In this document: positions 1-9,589 of the stretch, in pieces
Numbering within the stretch: the stretch's first letter is position 1
Layout: the number at the start of each line of letters is the position of its first letter
Made by a program: the position numbers and the translations under genes
Source of the DNA: Flavobacteriales bacterium
GTDB taxonomy: Bacteria; Bacteroidota; Bacteroidia; Flavobacteriales_D; Parvicellaceae
DNA: 64,000 nt
NCBI GenBank assembly: GCA_020635565.1
Contig: JACJZN010000010.1
Span: 16,154-80,153 of the forward strand
Direction of reading: 5' to 3'
The notes under the pieces: model-generated
Databases searched by the model: none
Seen by the model: the letters and a program-made list of their open reading frames with translations, nothing else
What the model was told of the DNA's origin: nothing

Positions 1-156
1 AATCCTTACCTCCAAACAGAGAAATTTGATCCCGATGAAAAATACATCAAGCAATGGGTTCCTGAATATAAATCCCCGAATTATCCTAAACCAATCGTAA
101 ATCACAAAATGGCAAGAGAAAGAGTTTTAGATCGATATAAAAGAGCGTTGAATTAA
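1..156 (+). CDS. DNA photolyase/cryptochrome family protein, C-terminal fragment (runs off the window start)
   Basis: Frame 1 translates as NPYLQTEKFDPDEKYIKQWVPE...YPKPIVNHKMARERVLDRYK*, the typical end of the FAD-binding domain of class I photolyases. Confidence 0.88.
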   Translation, partial: NPYLQTEKFDPDEKYIKQWVPEYKSPNYPKPIVNHKMARERVLDRYKRALN

Positions 157-176
157 TGTCATTATAAAGTCAAGTA

Positions 177-208
177 TTTGCAATTGAATTAAACTTGCTC
201 TACCTTTG
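177..208 (+). promoter_or_regulatory. Bacteroidota housekeeping promoter of ahcY
   Basis: TTTG (177-180), 20-nt spacer, TACCTTTG (201-208). This matches the TTTG-N19-21-TAnnTTTG consensus. Confidence 0.75.
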
Positions 209-247
209 CCGTCCGAAATGAATTAAAAATCTAATTATCAATAAATA

Positions 248-1561
248 ATGAGTACAATGACAGAAAAACTTCCTTACAAGGTTAAAGATATTAGTCTTGC
301 AGACTGGGGTCGTAGAGAAATCAAATTAGCTGAAGCTGAAATGCCTGGATTAATGGCACTTAGAGAAGAATATGGACCTTCTCAACCATTAAAAGGAGCT
401 AGAATTGCAGGATGTCTTCACATGACTATTCAAACTGCTGTTTTGATTGAAACTCTAGTTGAACTTGGAGCTGATGTTACTTGGTCTTCTTGTAATATTT
501 TCTCTACTCAAGATCATGCTGCTGCTGCGATTGCTGCTGCTGGGATTCCAGTTTATGCATGGAAAGGTATGACTGAAGAAGAATTCGATTGGTGTATCGA
601 ACAAACATTGTTTGCATTTGAAGGTGGACAACCGTTGAATATGATCTTGGATGATGGTGGTGATTTAACGAATATGGTATTCGATCAATTCCCTGAGTTA
701 ACTAAAGATATCAAAGGTCTTTCTGAAGAAACTACTACTGGTGTTCACAGACTTTACGAAAGAATGAAGAAAGGAACATTGGTTATGCCTGCGATCAACG
801 TAAACGATTCTGTAACAAAATCTAAATTTGACAACAAATATGGATGTAAAGAATCTTTAGTTGATTCTATCCGAAGAGCAACTGATGTAATGATCGCTGG
901 TAAAGTTGCTGTTGTTGCTGGATATGGTGATGTTGGGAAAGGTTCTGCGGCTTCTTTGAGAGGTGCAGGAGCAAGAGTTATCGTAACTGAGATCGATCCA
1001 ATCTGCGCACTTCAAGCTGCAATGGATGGTTTCGCTGTTAAGAAAATGGATAACGCTATCGCTGAAGCTGACATCGTAGTTACGACTACAGGTAACAAGG
1101 ATATCGTAGTTGGACGTCACTTCGAAATGATGAAAGACAAAACGATCGTTTGTAACATTGGACACTTCGATAACGAGATTCAGGTTAAGTACTTGAATGA
1201 TAAGTATGGTGCATCTAAAGTGACGATCAAGCCACAAGTAGATATGTACAATGTGAACGGTAAAGACATTATCCTTCTTGCCGAAGGTAGATTAGTGAAC
1301 TTAGGTTGTGCGACAGGTCACCCTTCGTTTGTAATGAGTAACTCATTCACTAACCAGACTTTAGCTCAGATCGAACTTTGGACAAATAGTCAAGCTTACG
1401 GAAATGAAGTTTACATGCTTCCTAAGCATTTGGATGAAAAAGTGGCGAAATTACACTTAGCTAAGATCGGTGTTGAATTAGAAGAATTGTCTCAAGAACA
1501 AGCTGAATATATTGGTGTAGAAGTTCAGGGACCATACAAACCAGAACACTACAGATATTAA
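248..1561 (+). CDS. ahcY: Adenosylhomocysteinase (SAH hydrolase)
   Basis: Signature motifs [42 protein letters not shown] and GHPSFVMS. Confidence 0.99.
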   Translation: MSTMTEKLPYKVKDISLADWGRREIKLAEAEMPGLMALREEYGPSQPLKGARIAGCLHMTIQTAVLIETLVELGADVTWSSCNIFSTQDHAAAAIAAAGIPVYAWKGMTEEEFDWCIEQTLFAFEGGQPLNMILDDGGDLTNMVFDQFPELTKDIKGLSEETTTGVHRLYERMKKGTLVMPAINVNDSVTKSKFDNKYGCKESLVDSIRRATDVMIAGKVAVVAGYGDVGKGSAASLRGAGARVIVTEIDPICALQAAMDGFAVKKMDNAIAEADIVVTTTGNKDIVVGRHFEMMKDKTIVCNIGHFDNEIQVKYLNDKYGASKVTIKPQVDMYNVNGKDIILLAEGRLVNLGCATGHPSFVMSNSFTNQTLAQIELWTNSQAYGNEVYMLPKHLDEKVAKLHLAKIGVELEELSQEQAEYIGVEVQGPYKPEHYRY

Positions 1562-1602
1562 TCTGAATTGCATAGTTAAGTACTAAGCAAAAACAATAAC
1601 TT

Positions 1603-1635
1603 TGCCCAGTCCAAATCGGTCTGGGCATTTTTTTT
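1603..1635 (+). terminator. Rho-independent terminator after ahcY
   Basis: TGCCCAG/CTGGGCA stem followed by a T8 tract. Confidence 0.8.
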
Positions 1636-1638
1636 ATC

Positions 1639-2442
1639 ATGAAGCTGAAGAAGAGGATTATTTATTACGCTATTGGTTTCTTATTGGGAATCATTCTTAC
1701 TCTTGTCATTTTTGCTGACAAAGATATTTTTGGATTTATGCCTTCCAATCGTGTTCGTAAGGACATTCAGAACAGTAATATCATGATCTCACCTATGGAA
1801 AAGGCTAAATTAGATTGTATGGGGATCGATGAAAATTTCATTTTCGAGATGATCGAGAATGCTGATGTTAATTTCTCCAATAGTCAAACCAGTTTCAGCA
1901 AGGAAAAATTCTGGATCCAAGGGTACGAATATGATATGGAAGTTAAGAAGTACGAATTGGAGTATGAAGGTAAATTACTCTCCTTCTGGATTGCTCCTAA
2001 AGATTCAGTTTCCATTCTTCATACGGTTAATTCTAAGTGTAATGTTAACGAATCAGACAACCTAAGTCTCGAAATAATGCTGATGCCAGAACATTTAATC
2101 TTCAAAAAAATGCTCGAAAAAGAACTCTGGCTCAATAAACAAATCACCTGTTCTATGGAATGTCATCAAATTACGGACAAAGACATAGATGAACTTTTTA
2201 AAACAGGAGATATCCTCCTTGAGGAAAGTCTTCCAGGAAGAAAACCAAATCCGATCTACTTTATCAAACAAACGATTAACGAAACGCCATATATTTTCTG
2301 GGTGGAAATTGGCGCAACAAAAACCAGAATAAAATATTTCGTTAACGTATCCGGATTGAAATTAGAGAAAAACCAATTCCTATTGAACGAGATTTTCAAT
2401 AAGGCTAAAGAAGATGATGGATGCGGTTGTTATGGGGATTAA
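1639..2442 (+). CDS. Membrane-anchored hypothetical protein, DUF4258-like, with an internal duplication
   Basis: N-terminal TM segment (YYAIGFLLGIIL) then PSNRVRKDI, as in flavobacterial DUF4258 proteins (recalled). Two similar C-x2-I-...-D-V/I blocks. Confidence 0.5.
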   Translation: MKLKKRIIYYAIGFLLGIILTLVIFADKDIFGFMPSNRVRKDIQNSNIMISPMEKAKLDCMGIDENFIFEMIENADVNFSNSQTSFSKEKFWIQGYEYDMEVKKYELEYEGKLLSFWIAPKDSVSILHTVNSKCNVNESDNLSLEIMLMPEHLIFKKMLEKELWLNKQITCSMECHQITDKDIDELFKTGDILLEESLPGRKPNPIYFIKQTINETPYIFWVEIGATKTRIKYFVNVSGLKLEKNQFLLNEIFNKAKEDDGCGCYGD

Positions 2443-2497
2443 ATCCTAATTTATAAATTATTCATATTTTTACTTCAAACAATTATCCTTAACTGAA

Positions 2498-2884
2498 ATG
2501 AAAAAATTAAAGGTCCTTCTTTTGGTCGTAGTGGTTGCAATGACTTTTGCAAGCTGTCAGAACTATGGTACCGAAAAAGAATTTGATGGCGTTCAACTAT
2601 TCTATACAGAAAATGTAACGGAAGATGAAGCGGATAAACTAGGGGAATATTTGATCTCGTCTGGTTTTGCTGACGGAGCAGAAAAATCTGTTCAACTTGA
2701 AAAAGAGGGTGAAACATACCAGTTCAGAATGGTAGTTAAAGAAGGATTTGAAAAGAAAGAAGAATTCTTGGCTCTTGCCAAGCAATTTGCTAATGAAATG
2801 TCTTTGGATATCTTCGAAGGAGCTCCAGTAGAGGTTCACCTTTGCAACGACCATCTAGAAACTCTGAAAGTGGTATCAATGTAA
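2498..2884 (+). CDS. Hypothetical lipoprotein
   Basis: MKKLK, a hydrophobic stretch and the lipobox FASC. Confidence 0.75.
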   Translation: MKKLKVLLLVVVVAMTFASCQNYGTEKEFDGVQLFYTENVTEDEADKLGEYLISSGFADGAEKSVQLEKEGETYQFRMVVKEGFEKKEEFLALAKQFANEMSLDIFEGAPVEVHLCNDHLETLKVVSM

Positions 2885-2900
2885 TTTACCTTCTAGGTAA

Positions 2901-3527
2901 TTAACCTTCTAGAGCAACTACATCATTTACTTCTGGACAATGAGTCTTTAATAAAGACTCTATTCCTCCCTTAAGTGTAGCAGTAGATGAAGGACAACCT
3001 GAGCATGACCCTCTTAATACAACAGTGACTGTTCCGGTAATTTCATCAAAGCTCTTAAAATCAATTGCACCTCCGTCACTTTCGACTGCGGGTTTAACAT
3101 ATTCTTCGAGTAAATTATAGATCAAACGATCCGTTTCTGTATTCAACTCCGGTTTAACTGAAATGATCTTTTGATCCTCACCCTCTCCGGAAGTCATTGA
3201 TTTTGGCTCAGGTAGTCTCTCAACAATCGTATCATTATTCTGAACCCAATCCTTAACGAATTCCCGAAGTTCATTCATCACAAAATCCCACTGAATAGCT
3301 TCAGTTTTTGTAACCGTCACAAAATTATTTGCAAAAAATATTGATTTCACAAATGGAAAAGCAAACAAAGCCTCAGCCATTGAAGAATGTCCCTTTGCGT
3401 CTTCAGAAGAAAGAAACTCTGCAGATTCCCCTCCATTCATCAACATAACATCCGTTACGAATTTCATCGTTGCCGGATTAGGTGTAACCTCCGCATATAC
3501 TGTCACTGTTCTTTTCATGATCTTCAT
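2901..3527 (-). CDS. NifU/Nfu family Fe-S cluster scaffold/carrier
   Basis: Nfu N-terminal TPNPATMKF; C-terminal DGG and LRGSCSGCPSS (CxxC) motifs. Confidence 0.95.
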   Translation of the reverse strand: MKIMKRTVTVYAEVTPNPATMKFVTDVMLMNGGESAEFLSSEDAKGHSSMAEALFAFPFVKSIFFANNFVTVTKTEAIQWDFVMNELREFVKDWVQNNDTIVERLPEPKSMTSGEGEDQKIISVKPELNTETDRLIYNLLEEYVKPAVESDGGAIDFKSFDEITGTVTVVLRGSCSGCPSSTATLKGGIESLLKTHCPEVNDVVALEG

Positions 3528-3532
3528 TTTTT

Positions 3533-3548
3533 TATCTTTGCAAATGTA
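3533..3548. promoter_or_regulatory. Abutting face-to-face -7 promoter elements for nfu (-) and the gamma-CA operon (+)
   Basis: TATCTTTG (3533-3540, +) is directly followed by CAAATGTA (3541-3548, TACATTTG on -). Confidence 0.65.
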
Positions 3549-3562
3549 CTAGCTAAAAACAC

Positions 3563-4075
3563 ATGGCGCTAATTAAATCTTTACTCGAACATACTCCTCA
3601 ATTTGGAGAAGATTGTTATTTCGCAGAGAATGCGACAATTATTGGAAATGTATCTACCGGAGATCAATGTAGTTTCTGGTTTCAATCCGTTGTTCGTGGT
3701 GATGTTCATAGTATCGAAATGGGAAACAAAGTAAATGTTCAGGATGGTGCTGTGGTTCATTGCACTTATCAGAAACATCCAACGAAAATTGGAAATAACG
3801 TTTCCATTGGTCACAAAGCGATTGTTCATGGGTGCACCATTCATGATAATGTTCTTATCGGAATGGGAGCTATTGTAATGGATGGTTGCGTGGTCCACTC
3901 TAATAGTATTGTTGCTGCCGGAAGTGTTGTTACTCAGGGCATGATAATTGAATCAGGCTCCATTTATGCGGGTGTTCCTGCGAAGAAGGTTAAAGACATC
4001 AATCCAGAACTATTTGAAGGAGAAGTGATGCGGATCGCTAATAATTATGTAAAATACGCTGGATGGTATAGATAG
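3563..4075 (+). CDS. Gamma carbonic anhydrase family protein (YrdA-like hexapeptide repeats)
   Basis: VVRGDV, NVQDGAVVH and IGHKAIVHGC His ligands within hexapeptide repeats. Confidence 0.95.
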   Translation: MALIKSLLEHTPQFGEDCYFAENATIIGNVSTGDQCSFWFQSVVRGDVHSIEMGNKVNVQDGAVVHCTYQKHPTKIGNNVSIGHKAIVHGCTIHDNVLIGMGAIVMDGCVVHSNSIVAAGSVVTQGMIIESGSIYAGVPAKKVKDINPELFEGEVMRIANNYVKYAGWYR

Positions 4076-4082
4076 ATCTTTT

Positions 4083-4934
4083 ATGAAACTCCCCTACTCT
4101 CTTCGCTTTTGGTCAATATTTATTGTCTTGAATTTATTTGCCTTGATTAATGTCAATGCACAAGTAAAGCAAGCCGAGAAGAACATCTTCTTTGAATCTA
4201 ATGTATATGAACTGTCCAAAGAACAACAAGCTGAGATCATTGATTTTTTGGATAAACCAAATATTCAGAACATTCAACTTTTTGGATTTGCCGATACTAT
4301 TGGAAATTTAGCTGCAAATCAAAAGATCTCTGAGCAGCGGGTTAGCGCTGTTAAAGATCTTATACTAGCATGGTATGGAAATGTGATGATCATTACCAAA
4401 GCAAACGGAGAAAAACATCATCAGGAGCAACAACTTGCGAATCAGCGTAGGGTTGAAATAGTGGTAACCTATGAATTAGATCCTCCTATAAAAAAAGACG
4501 AGAAAATTACACCTCCACTTATTATTGAGGATTCCATCGTGATCATACCTGCACAAGATATCAGCCAGAGAGAAGATTTTTATGAAACTTTTGCTACTTC
4601 TGATCGTATTGTTATAGAAAACCTGCTTTTTGAACCTGGAACTACTGACTTTTTGCATGACAAAACACCCAACGAACTATTTTATCTAGCGGACCTTCTG
4701 AGGGAGAATCCTACAATGGAAATTCACATTGAAGGTCATGTGTGTTGTATAGATGACAAAAAATTATCAAAGAATAGAGCGCAAAAGGTCTATTCTTTTC
4801 TGAAGGATCACGGGATCAAGGGAAATCGGATGACCTATGCTGGTTACAGCAACAGTCAGCCTCGTGTGGAGGAATTAACTCCGGAAGATGAAAAGCTAAA
4901 TCGGAGAGTTGAAATAGTAGTCACACAACGATGA
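4083..4934 (+). CDS. OmpA family protein with two peptidoglycan-binding OmpA_C domains
   Basis: Signal peptide; GFADTIG...ISEQRV...NQRRVEI and EGHVCC...LSKNRA...NRRVEI. Confidence 0.88.
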   Translation: MKLPYSLRFWSIFIVLNLFALINVNAQVKQAEKNIFFESNVYELSKEQQAEIIDFLDKPNIQNIQLFGFADTIGNLAANQKISEQRVSAVKDLILAWYGNVMIITKANGEKHHQEQQLANQRRVEIVVTYELDPPIKKDEKITPPLIIEDSIVIIPAQDISQREDFYETFATSDRIVIENLLFEPGTTDFLHDKTPNELFYLADLLRENPTMEIHIEGHVCCIDDKKLSKNRAQKVYSFLKDHGIKGNRMTYAGYSNSQPRVEELTPEDEKLNRRVEIVVTQR

Positions 4935-5407
4935 AACAACCTTTAAACATATCGATCCTAGCAATTATATTTCTTGGTCTGATCGTACTTCCCTTTCACT
5001 CTTGTAAGGATAGTAATGAAGCTGATCAAATTAATGAATCTGAAGTGATCAAGCTGATTCAGGTAAAAATGGATGAGCAGATTAATTGCTGGAATAGTGG
5101 CGACATTCCTTGCTTTATGGAGCATTACTGGAAATCTGACTCCCTTATGTTTATCGGCAAGTCAGGAATTACACTTGGATGGCAACCTACTTTAGACAAC
5201 TACCTGGAAAGTTATCCAGATCAAAAGAACATGGGACAATTAACCTTTGACAACAAACTAATCCATTTCATAGACAAAGAGACGATACAAGTTATTGGTG
5301 AGTGGCACCTCTCACGTCCTGAATTGGACGATCTTGGAGGTCATTATTCCCTGATCTGGAAAAAGAAGAATGATCAATGGGTTATCATTTCAGACCATTC
5401 CAGCTAA
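4931..5407 (+). CDS. NTF2-like (DUF4440/YybH) lipoprotein
   Basis: Lipobox HSC; motifs WNSGDI, YWKSDSLMFIG and WVIISDHSS. Confidence 0.85.
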   Translation: MKQPLNISILAIIFLGLIVLPFHSCKDSNEADQINESEVIKLIQVKMDEQINCWNSGDIPCFMEHYWKSDSLMFIGKSGITLGWQPTLDNYLESYPDQKNMGQLTFDNKLIHFIDKETIQVIGEWHLSRPELDDLGGHYSLIWKKKNDQWVIISDHSS

Positions 5408-5498
5408 CCCCTCTAAAAAAACACAAAATCATACCGCATATCATTTCGATTTTCTACTTTTGCAGCCAAATTAAGAAGCAAAACAAAAAAACAATAAA

Positions 5499-5921
5499 AT
5501 GGCTGGAAACAGAACTTTCACAATGATTAAGCCAGATGCTGTTGAATCAAACAACATCGGGAACATCCTACAAATGATCACTGACGCTGGATTTACAATC
5601 AAAGCTATGAAGCTTAGAAAACTTTCAGAAGATCAGGCGAAGAAATTTTACGAAGTGCACTCAGAAAGACCTTTCTATATGGAATTGGTTGAATATATGA
5701 CTTCTGGACCTATCGTTGCTGCAATTCTTGAAAAAGATAACGCAGTTGCGGATTTCAGAGCATTGATCGGAGCCACTGATCCAGCTGAAGCTGCTGAAGG
5801 GACTATCAGATCTAGATATGCTGAGTCTAAAGCTAAAAATGCTGTTCACGGTTCTGATAGTGATGAGAATGCCGCGATTGAATGTGCATTCCACTTTGCT
5901 GATGAAGAGATCGTAGGATAA
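5499..5921 (+). CDS. ndk: Nucleoside diphosphate kinase
   Basis: [20 protein letters not shown] and NAVHGSDS (catalytic His). Confidence 0.99.
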   Translation: MAGNRTFTMIKPDAVESNNIGNILQMITDAGFTIKAMKLRKLSEDQAKKFYEVHSERPFYMELVEYMTSGPIVAAILEKDNAVADFRALIGATDPAEAAEGTIRSRYAESKAKNAVHGSDSDENAAIECAFHFADEEIVG

Positions 5922-5942
5922 ATTCGAACGACAATACTTTAC

Positions 5943-5979
5943 AAAGCCATTGCATTTCGATGTAATGGCTTTTATTTTT
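5943..5979 (+). terminator. Rho-independent terminator after ndk
   Basis: AAAGCCATTGCAT-ttcg-ATGTAATGGCTTT hairpin with a T-rich tail. Confidence 0.75.
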
Positions 5980-5993
5980 GTAAAAAAATAGTC

Positions 5994-6755
5994 ATGAAAC
6001 TCAATTACAAAAGAGAAGGAGAAGGAGCTCCCTTGATCATAATTCACGGTCTTTTTGGAAACCTCGATAACTGGCAGACACTAGGTAAAAAGTTTGCAGA
6101 GAATTTTGACACCATTCTTATCGACCAAAGAAATCATGGTCATTCAGGACACAGTGAAGATTTCGATTATGATTTTATGGCTTTGGACCTGATTGAACTT
6201 ATTGAAGACCTGAAATTATCACATGTAAATGTAATTGGTCATTCCATGGGAGGAAAGACTGTAATGCGTGCTGCTCAGATTCGTCCTGATTTATTTGAGA
6301 AGATCGTAGTAGTAGACATTGGGCCTAAGGGATATCCAATGCACCATGATACCATTCTTGAAGGATTGCATGCGATTGACTTTGACAAGGTTAAATCCAG
6401 AGGTCAAGCGAATAAGGTTATCTCTGCCTACATTGAAGATGAAGGCGTAAAGCAGTTCCTTTTGAAGAATCTCTATTGGAAAGAAAAAGGTGTTCTAGAC
6501 TGGCGTATCAACCTTCCGGTTATCACCAATAATATGGATAAGATCATAGCTCAGCTTCCATCTGATGAAGTAAACACTCCTACTCTTTTCATAAGAGGTG
6601 AAAAATCCAACTATATCATTGAAGACGATTACACGGATATCTTTATGCAATTTCCGAATTCAGATATCGAAACGATCTACAATGCGGGACACTGGATCCA
6701 TGCGGAGAATCCTTTCGATTTCTATAATCTGGTAATGGATTTTCTTAAGAACTAA
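5994..6755 (+). CDS. Alpha/beta hydrolase (YbfF-like esterase)
   Basis: HGLFG, DQRNHG, GHSMGG nucleophile elbow and AGHWIH. Confidence 0.92.
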   Translation: MKLNYKREGEGAPLIIIHGLFGNLDNWQTLGKKFAENFDTILIDQRNHGHSGHSEDFDYDFMALDLIELIEDLKLSHVNVIGHSMGGKTVMRAAQIRPDLFEKIVVVDIGPKGYPMHHDTILEGLHAIDFDKVKSRGQANKVISAYIEDEGVKQFLLKNLYWKEKGVLDWRINLPVITNNMDKIIAQLPSDEVNTPTLFIRGEKSNYIIEDDYTDIFMQFPNSDIETIYNAGHWIHAENPFDFYNLVMDFLKN

Positions 6756-7973
6756 TTATTCCTTGACAAACTTTACTGTAGCTTCACCTTTATCAGTTAC
6801 AGCTTTCAACAAATAAACTCCATTTGACAAAGTGGAGATATCAATTAAACTATTTCCATCCGACAAGGATTCGACCAATTGTCCTGATAAATTAAATATC
6901 TCTACCTGTAGAAGAGCTGAGTTCTCTTTCAAAGTTAATTGCAATTGGTTTTCATTGATGAAGTGATAACCTGAAATTACTTCTTGTAAATATTGGATTC
7001 CAACAGGATATTCAATAGACATCTCCATGTAAACAGGCAAGTGATCACTCATATAAAACAAAGCATCCGCAACATCTGCAGGCACAGCCTGATTAAATCC
7101 ACTGTTCACACTTTGATTGTAATGAAATCCATCTTGACCAATTGCAGTATAACTACCTCCAACAAAAGACACTCTATCCGTTCCGTTCTTAATTGCATCA
7201 GAAATAAAGATAAAATCAAATCTATCATCCATCCCTCCGGAAGATCCTCCGGCATAACCACCAGAAGAAGAACGTGTTGATTGCGTATGATATGGAGCAT
7301 AGAAGCTATTACTATTCCAACTTCCCAATTGATTAATTGGATCATTCAGATTCATAGAACCTCCATTTAAGATCATTTGACATCCCGGTTCGCTGCTTTC
7401 ATAAAAATTAAAATCTCCACCCAAGGCAATATTCCCTGTAATTCCTTGAGACTGCAAATAATTTTTAAAAGTTGTAGCCTCACTTTCTCGGTCATCAATA
7501 TCACTTTGAAAAGTCCCAGCTTTCAAATGACAGCTATACAAATATAAATAGATCGTATCGCTTGTTGCTGACAAATTCGGTTCCTTGAAGTATACCTTAT
7601 ATTCAGAAATATCTCTTGTAACAGTTGAGATTTGATTTTGGGAAACCAAACCAAACTTTTCATTATTGTAGAAAAGCATATTATCCGTATCAGGACCATT
7701 ATAGAAAGTAGCCTTACTGAAGTGAGTCACACCTTGTGTATTTATTGCATTACTTAGGATCAGATTAGCTCCATAATTTGTTTCTAGTTCGTTTACTAAA
7801 AACAGGTCTGGCTCTACGTGTCTTATGATCTTCTCCAAAGTATCAGCTCTATCTGAAGTAGAACTTGGAAAGTTCAGTAGGTTATAATACATAATGCTTA
7901 CTGATTGACTTTCGGTTTGTGCTATTATAGATACTAATGGGAGTAGTGTAAATGCAAGAATTAACTTTTTCAT
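6756..7973 (-). CDS. Secreted endonuclease/exonuclease/phosphatase (DNase I-like) with a T9SS C-terminal sorting domain
   Basis: Likely start MKKLILAF (ATG at 7973). Motifs YN, NE, HLKA, GDFN, DFIF and SDHLPV; tail IFNLSGQLV...LSNGVYLLK...KFVKE is a type A CTD. Confidence 0.88.
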   Translation of the reverse strand: MKKLILAFTLLPLVSIIAQTESQSVSIMYYNLLNFPSSTSDRADTLEKIIRHVEPDLFLVNELETNYGANLILSNAINTQGVTHFSKATFYNGPDTDNMLFYNNEKFGLVSQNQISTVTRDISEYKVYFKEPNLSATSDTIYLYLYSCHLKAGTFQSDIDDRESEATTFKNYLQSQGITGNIALGGDFNFYESSEPGCQMILNGGSMNLNDPINQLGSWNSNSFYAPYHTQSTRSSSGGYAGGSSGGMDDRFDFIFISDAIKNGTDRVSFVGGSYTAIGQDGFHYNQSVNSGFNQAVPADVADALFYMSDHLPVYMEMSIEYPVGIQYLQEVISGYHFINENQLQLTLKENSALLQVEIFNLSGQLVESLSDGNSLIDISTLSNGVYLLKAVTDKGEATVKFVKE

Positions 7974-7986
7974 TTTAGATATATTT

Positions 7987-8020
7987 AAAAAAAAGAAGTT
8001 AGACGAAATGCCTAACTTCT
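7987..8020 (-). terminator. Terminator-like hairpin just upstream of the T9SS nuclease start
   Basis: On the - strand: GAAGTTAG-N9-CTAACTTC followed by T8. Confidence 0.6.
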
Positions 8021-8046
8021 CGATACTAAGGTATATATTTTTTACT

Positions 8047-8081
8047 TTTTTTGGTAATAGAAGTATTCTATTACCAAAAAA
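8047..8081. repeat. Perfect 16-bp inverted repeat
   Basis: TTTTTTGGTAATAGAA-gta-TTCTATTACCAAAAAA. Confidence 0.9.
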
Positions 8082-8089
8082 CACTATTA

Positions 8090-9586
8090 CTATTTAACAC
8101 TTTGTATAATAAAGTATGGATCTTTCCTATTCGCAGATTTATCAGCTGGTATTTGCCAAAGGGCTTTATTACCATCCAATGAATAAAACAAGTCAATCGC
8201 AGGAAAAAATATATTCAAATCGCCCATAAAATCTCCTTTTATCTCTGTAAAACTATTTTCAATTGATGACTTTTCAAAATTATAAAACACAGCCTTATTG
8301 TGCATAATTCCAATATGATAAAAACTATCTTCACTTATGTAAAAAATCGGATTATAAAAGAATATCAATGTATTTTTAGGTCCATCTTCAGCCTCTTCAA
8401 TGACTTTACCTTCAATGAAATTATAACTAATCTCAGAATCTTTTATTACCTGCTCAATTATCCCTAGATAAGTATGTTCATCCCTTTTCTCATAAGTATC
8501 ATACTTTCTATTTAGTAAAACACATGAAGAATAAACAACACCATTCTTGACTGAAACAAAAGTTCTAATGGGATAATTAATATTCTTTTTAATTTTTTCA
8601 GAGTTTAGCGTATATACAGAAGGACTATTTGTTGGCTTAAAATCCTTGTCTAGGACAAAAGTTACTATCGAAACATTCTTCTTTTCATATTCTGAAAGGA
8701 TTCCAAAGTATTGATCATTAATCTTATTATAGCCAAAATCAAATTTAGATTCAGCTCCGATCATCAGGTCCGAAATTGGAATATCGACTTTAGCTAAATC
8801 GTTGCTAGTCAAATCAAAGCTATAAAGATTTAATCCATTCGTTTTGTCATCACGAGTATGAATTAATAAATGATTATTCTCGTTATAAACAAAATTACCT
8901 TTCTTTGAATTTCCAGACATCTCTTTTTTCCACTCCTCTTCAAGAAAGATCATTCCACGTTCTTCAACCAATTTGTATTTCACTAACTGATTCACACAAT
9001 CAATATCAAAAATATTCCATGAAACATTTGGAAAACCCATATTTGCTGAGGTTGACATACCTACATTCATACTATGCTTTAATACAAAGAGTCCTCCCTC
9101 AAACCCCATAAAATCCAGCATTCTAAGGTGATCATAAAACAATTCATTTTCATTTAATTTATGTCTTCTCTTTATTTCATCTGCATAATCTGAATGTTTT
9201 ACAGTCTCCAAATATTCACATGTACTAAAGTCTTTGTGCAAGTATCCAAACTTGAAATCTGGAAAAGCGCCTTTTTCCTCCCTTACTCTAAATAAAAACT
9301 TGTCACCCAATTCAATAAACGTCATTTTTCCGACTGATTCAAACCACATTCTAAACCCATCTGGAATGTCAAATTCATACTCGCTAATAAAATTGAGGTT
9401 CTCATCCATTTTAACAATTATAGTTTTTTCGTTTGAATTTAAACCATAAGCGTAAACATAGCCACTTTCACCTTGGAAATAATTGTAAGCATTTTTAATA
9501 TTCTCAACTTGAGAAAAAGAAGTAACAAATACAAAAATCAACAGAGTTGAACCTATCCCTTTTTTAATATTTTGAAATTTACCCAT
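8090..9586 (-). CDS. Hypothetical secreted protein
   Basis: 498-aa ORF with a signal peptide ending SFS-Q. No motif recognised. Confidence 0.7.
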   Translation of the reverse strand: MGKFQNIKKGIGSTLLIFVFVTSFSQVENIKNAYNYFQGESGYVYAYGLNSNEKTIIVKMDENLNFISEYEFDIPDGFRMWFESVGKMTFIELGDKFLFRVREEKGAFPDFKFGYLHKDFSTCEYLETVKHSDYADEIKRRHKLNENELFYDHLRMLDFMGFEGGLFVLKHSMNVGMSTSANMGFPNVSWNIFDIDCVNQLVKYKLVEERGMIFLEEEWKKEMSGNSKKGNFVYNENNHLLIHTRDDKTNGLNLYSFDLTSNDLAKVDIPISDLMIGAESKFDFGYNKINDQYFGILSEYEKKNVSIVTFVLDKDFKPTNSPSVYTLNSEKIKKNINYPIRTFVSVKNGVVYSSCVLLNRKYDTYEKRDEHTYLGIIEQVIKDSEISYNFIEGKVIEEAEDGPKNTLIFFYNPIFYISEDSFYHIGIMHNKAVFYNFEKSSIENSFTEIKGDFMGDLNIFFPAIDLFYSLDGNKALWQIPADKSANRKDPYFIIQSVK

Positions 9587-9589
9587 AAT

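Noticed and set aside
157-247. SAH or SAM riboswitch upstream of ahcY
   Set aside because: The promoter ends at 208, leaving a roughly 35-nt A/T-rich leader with no room for an aptamer.
857-1237. Antisense ORF inside ahcY, and the many similar short overlapping ORFs in the track
   Set aside because: They lie opposite or out of frame within well-supported genes and show no recognisable motifs, so they are treated as shadow ORFs.
8090-9586. Horizontally acquired island at the AT-rich orphan gene
   Set aside because: It looks AT-richer by eye only. I could not compute composition and saw no integrase, tRNA or target-site duplication.
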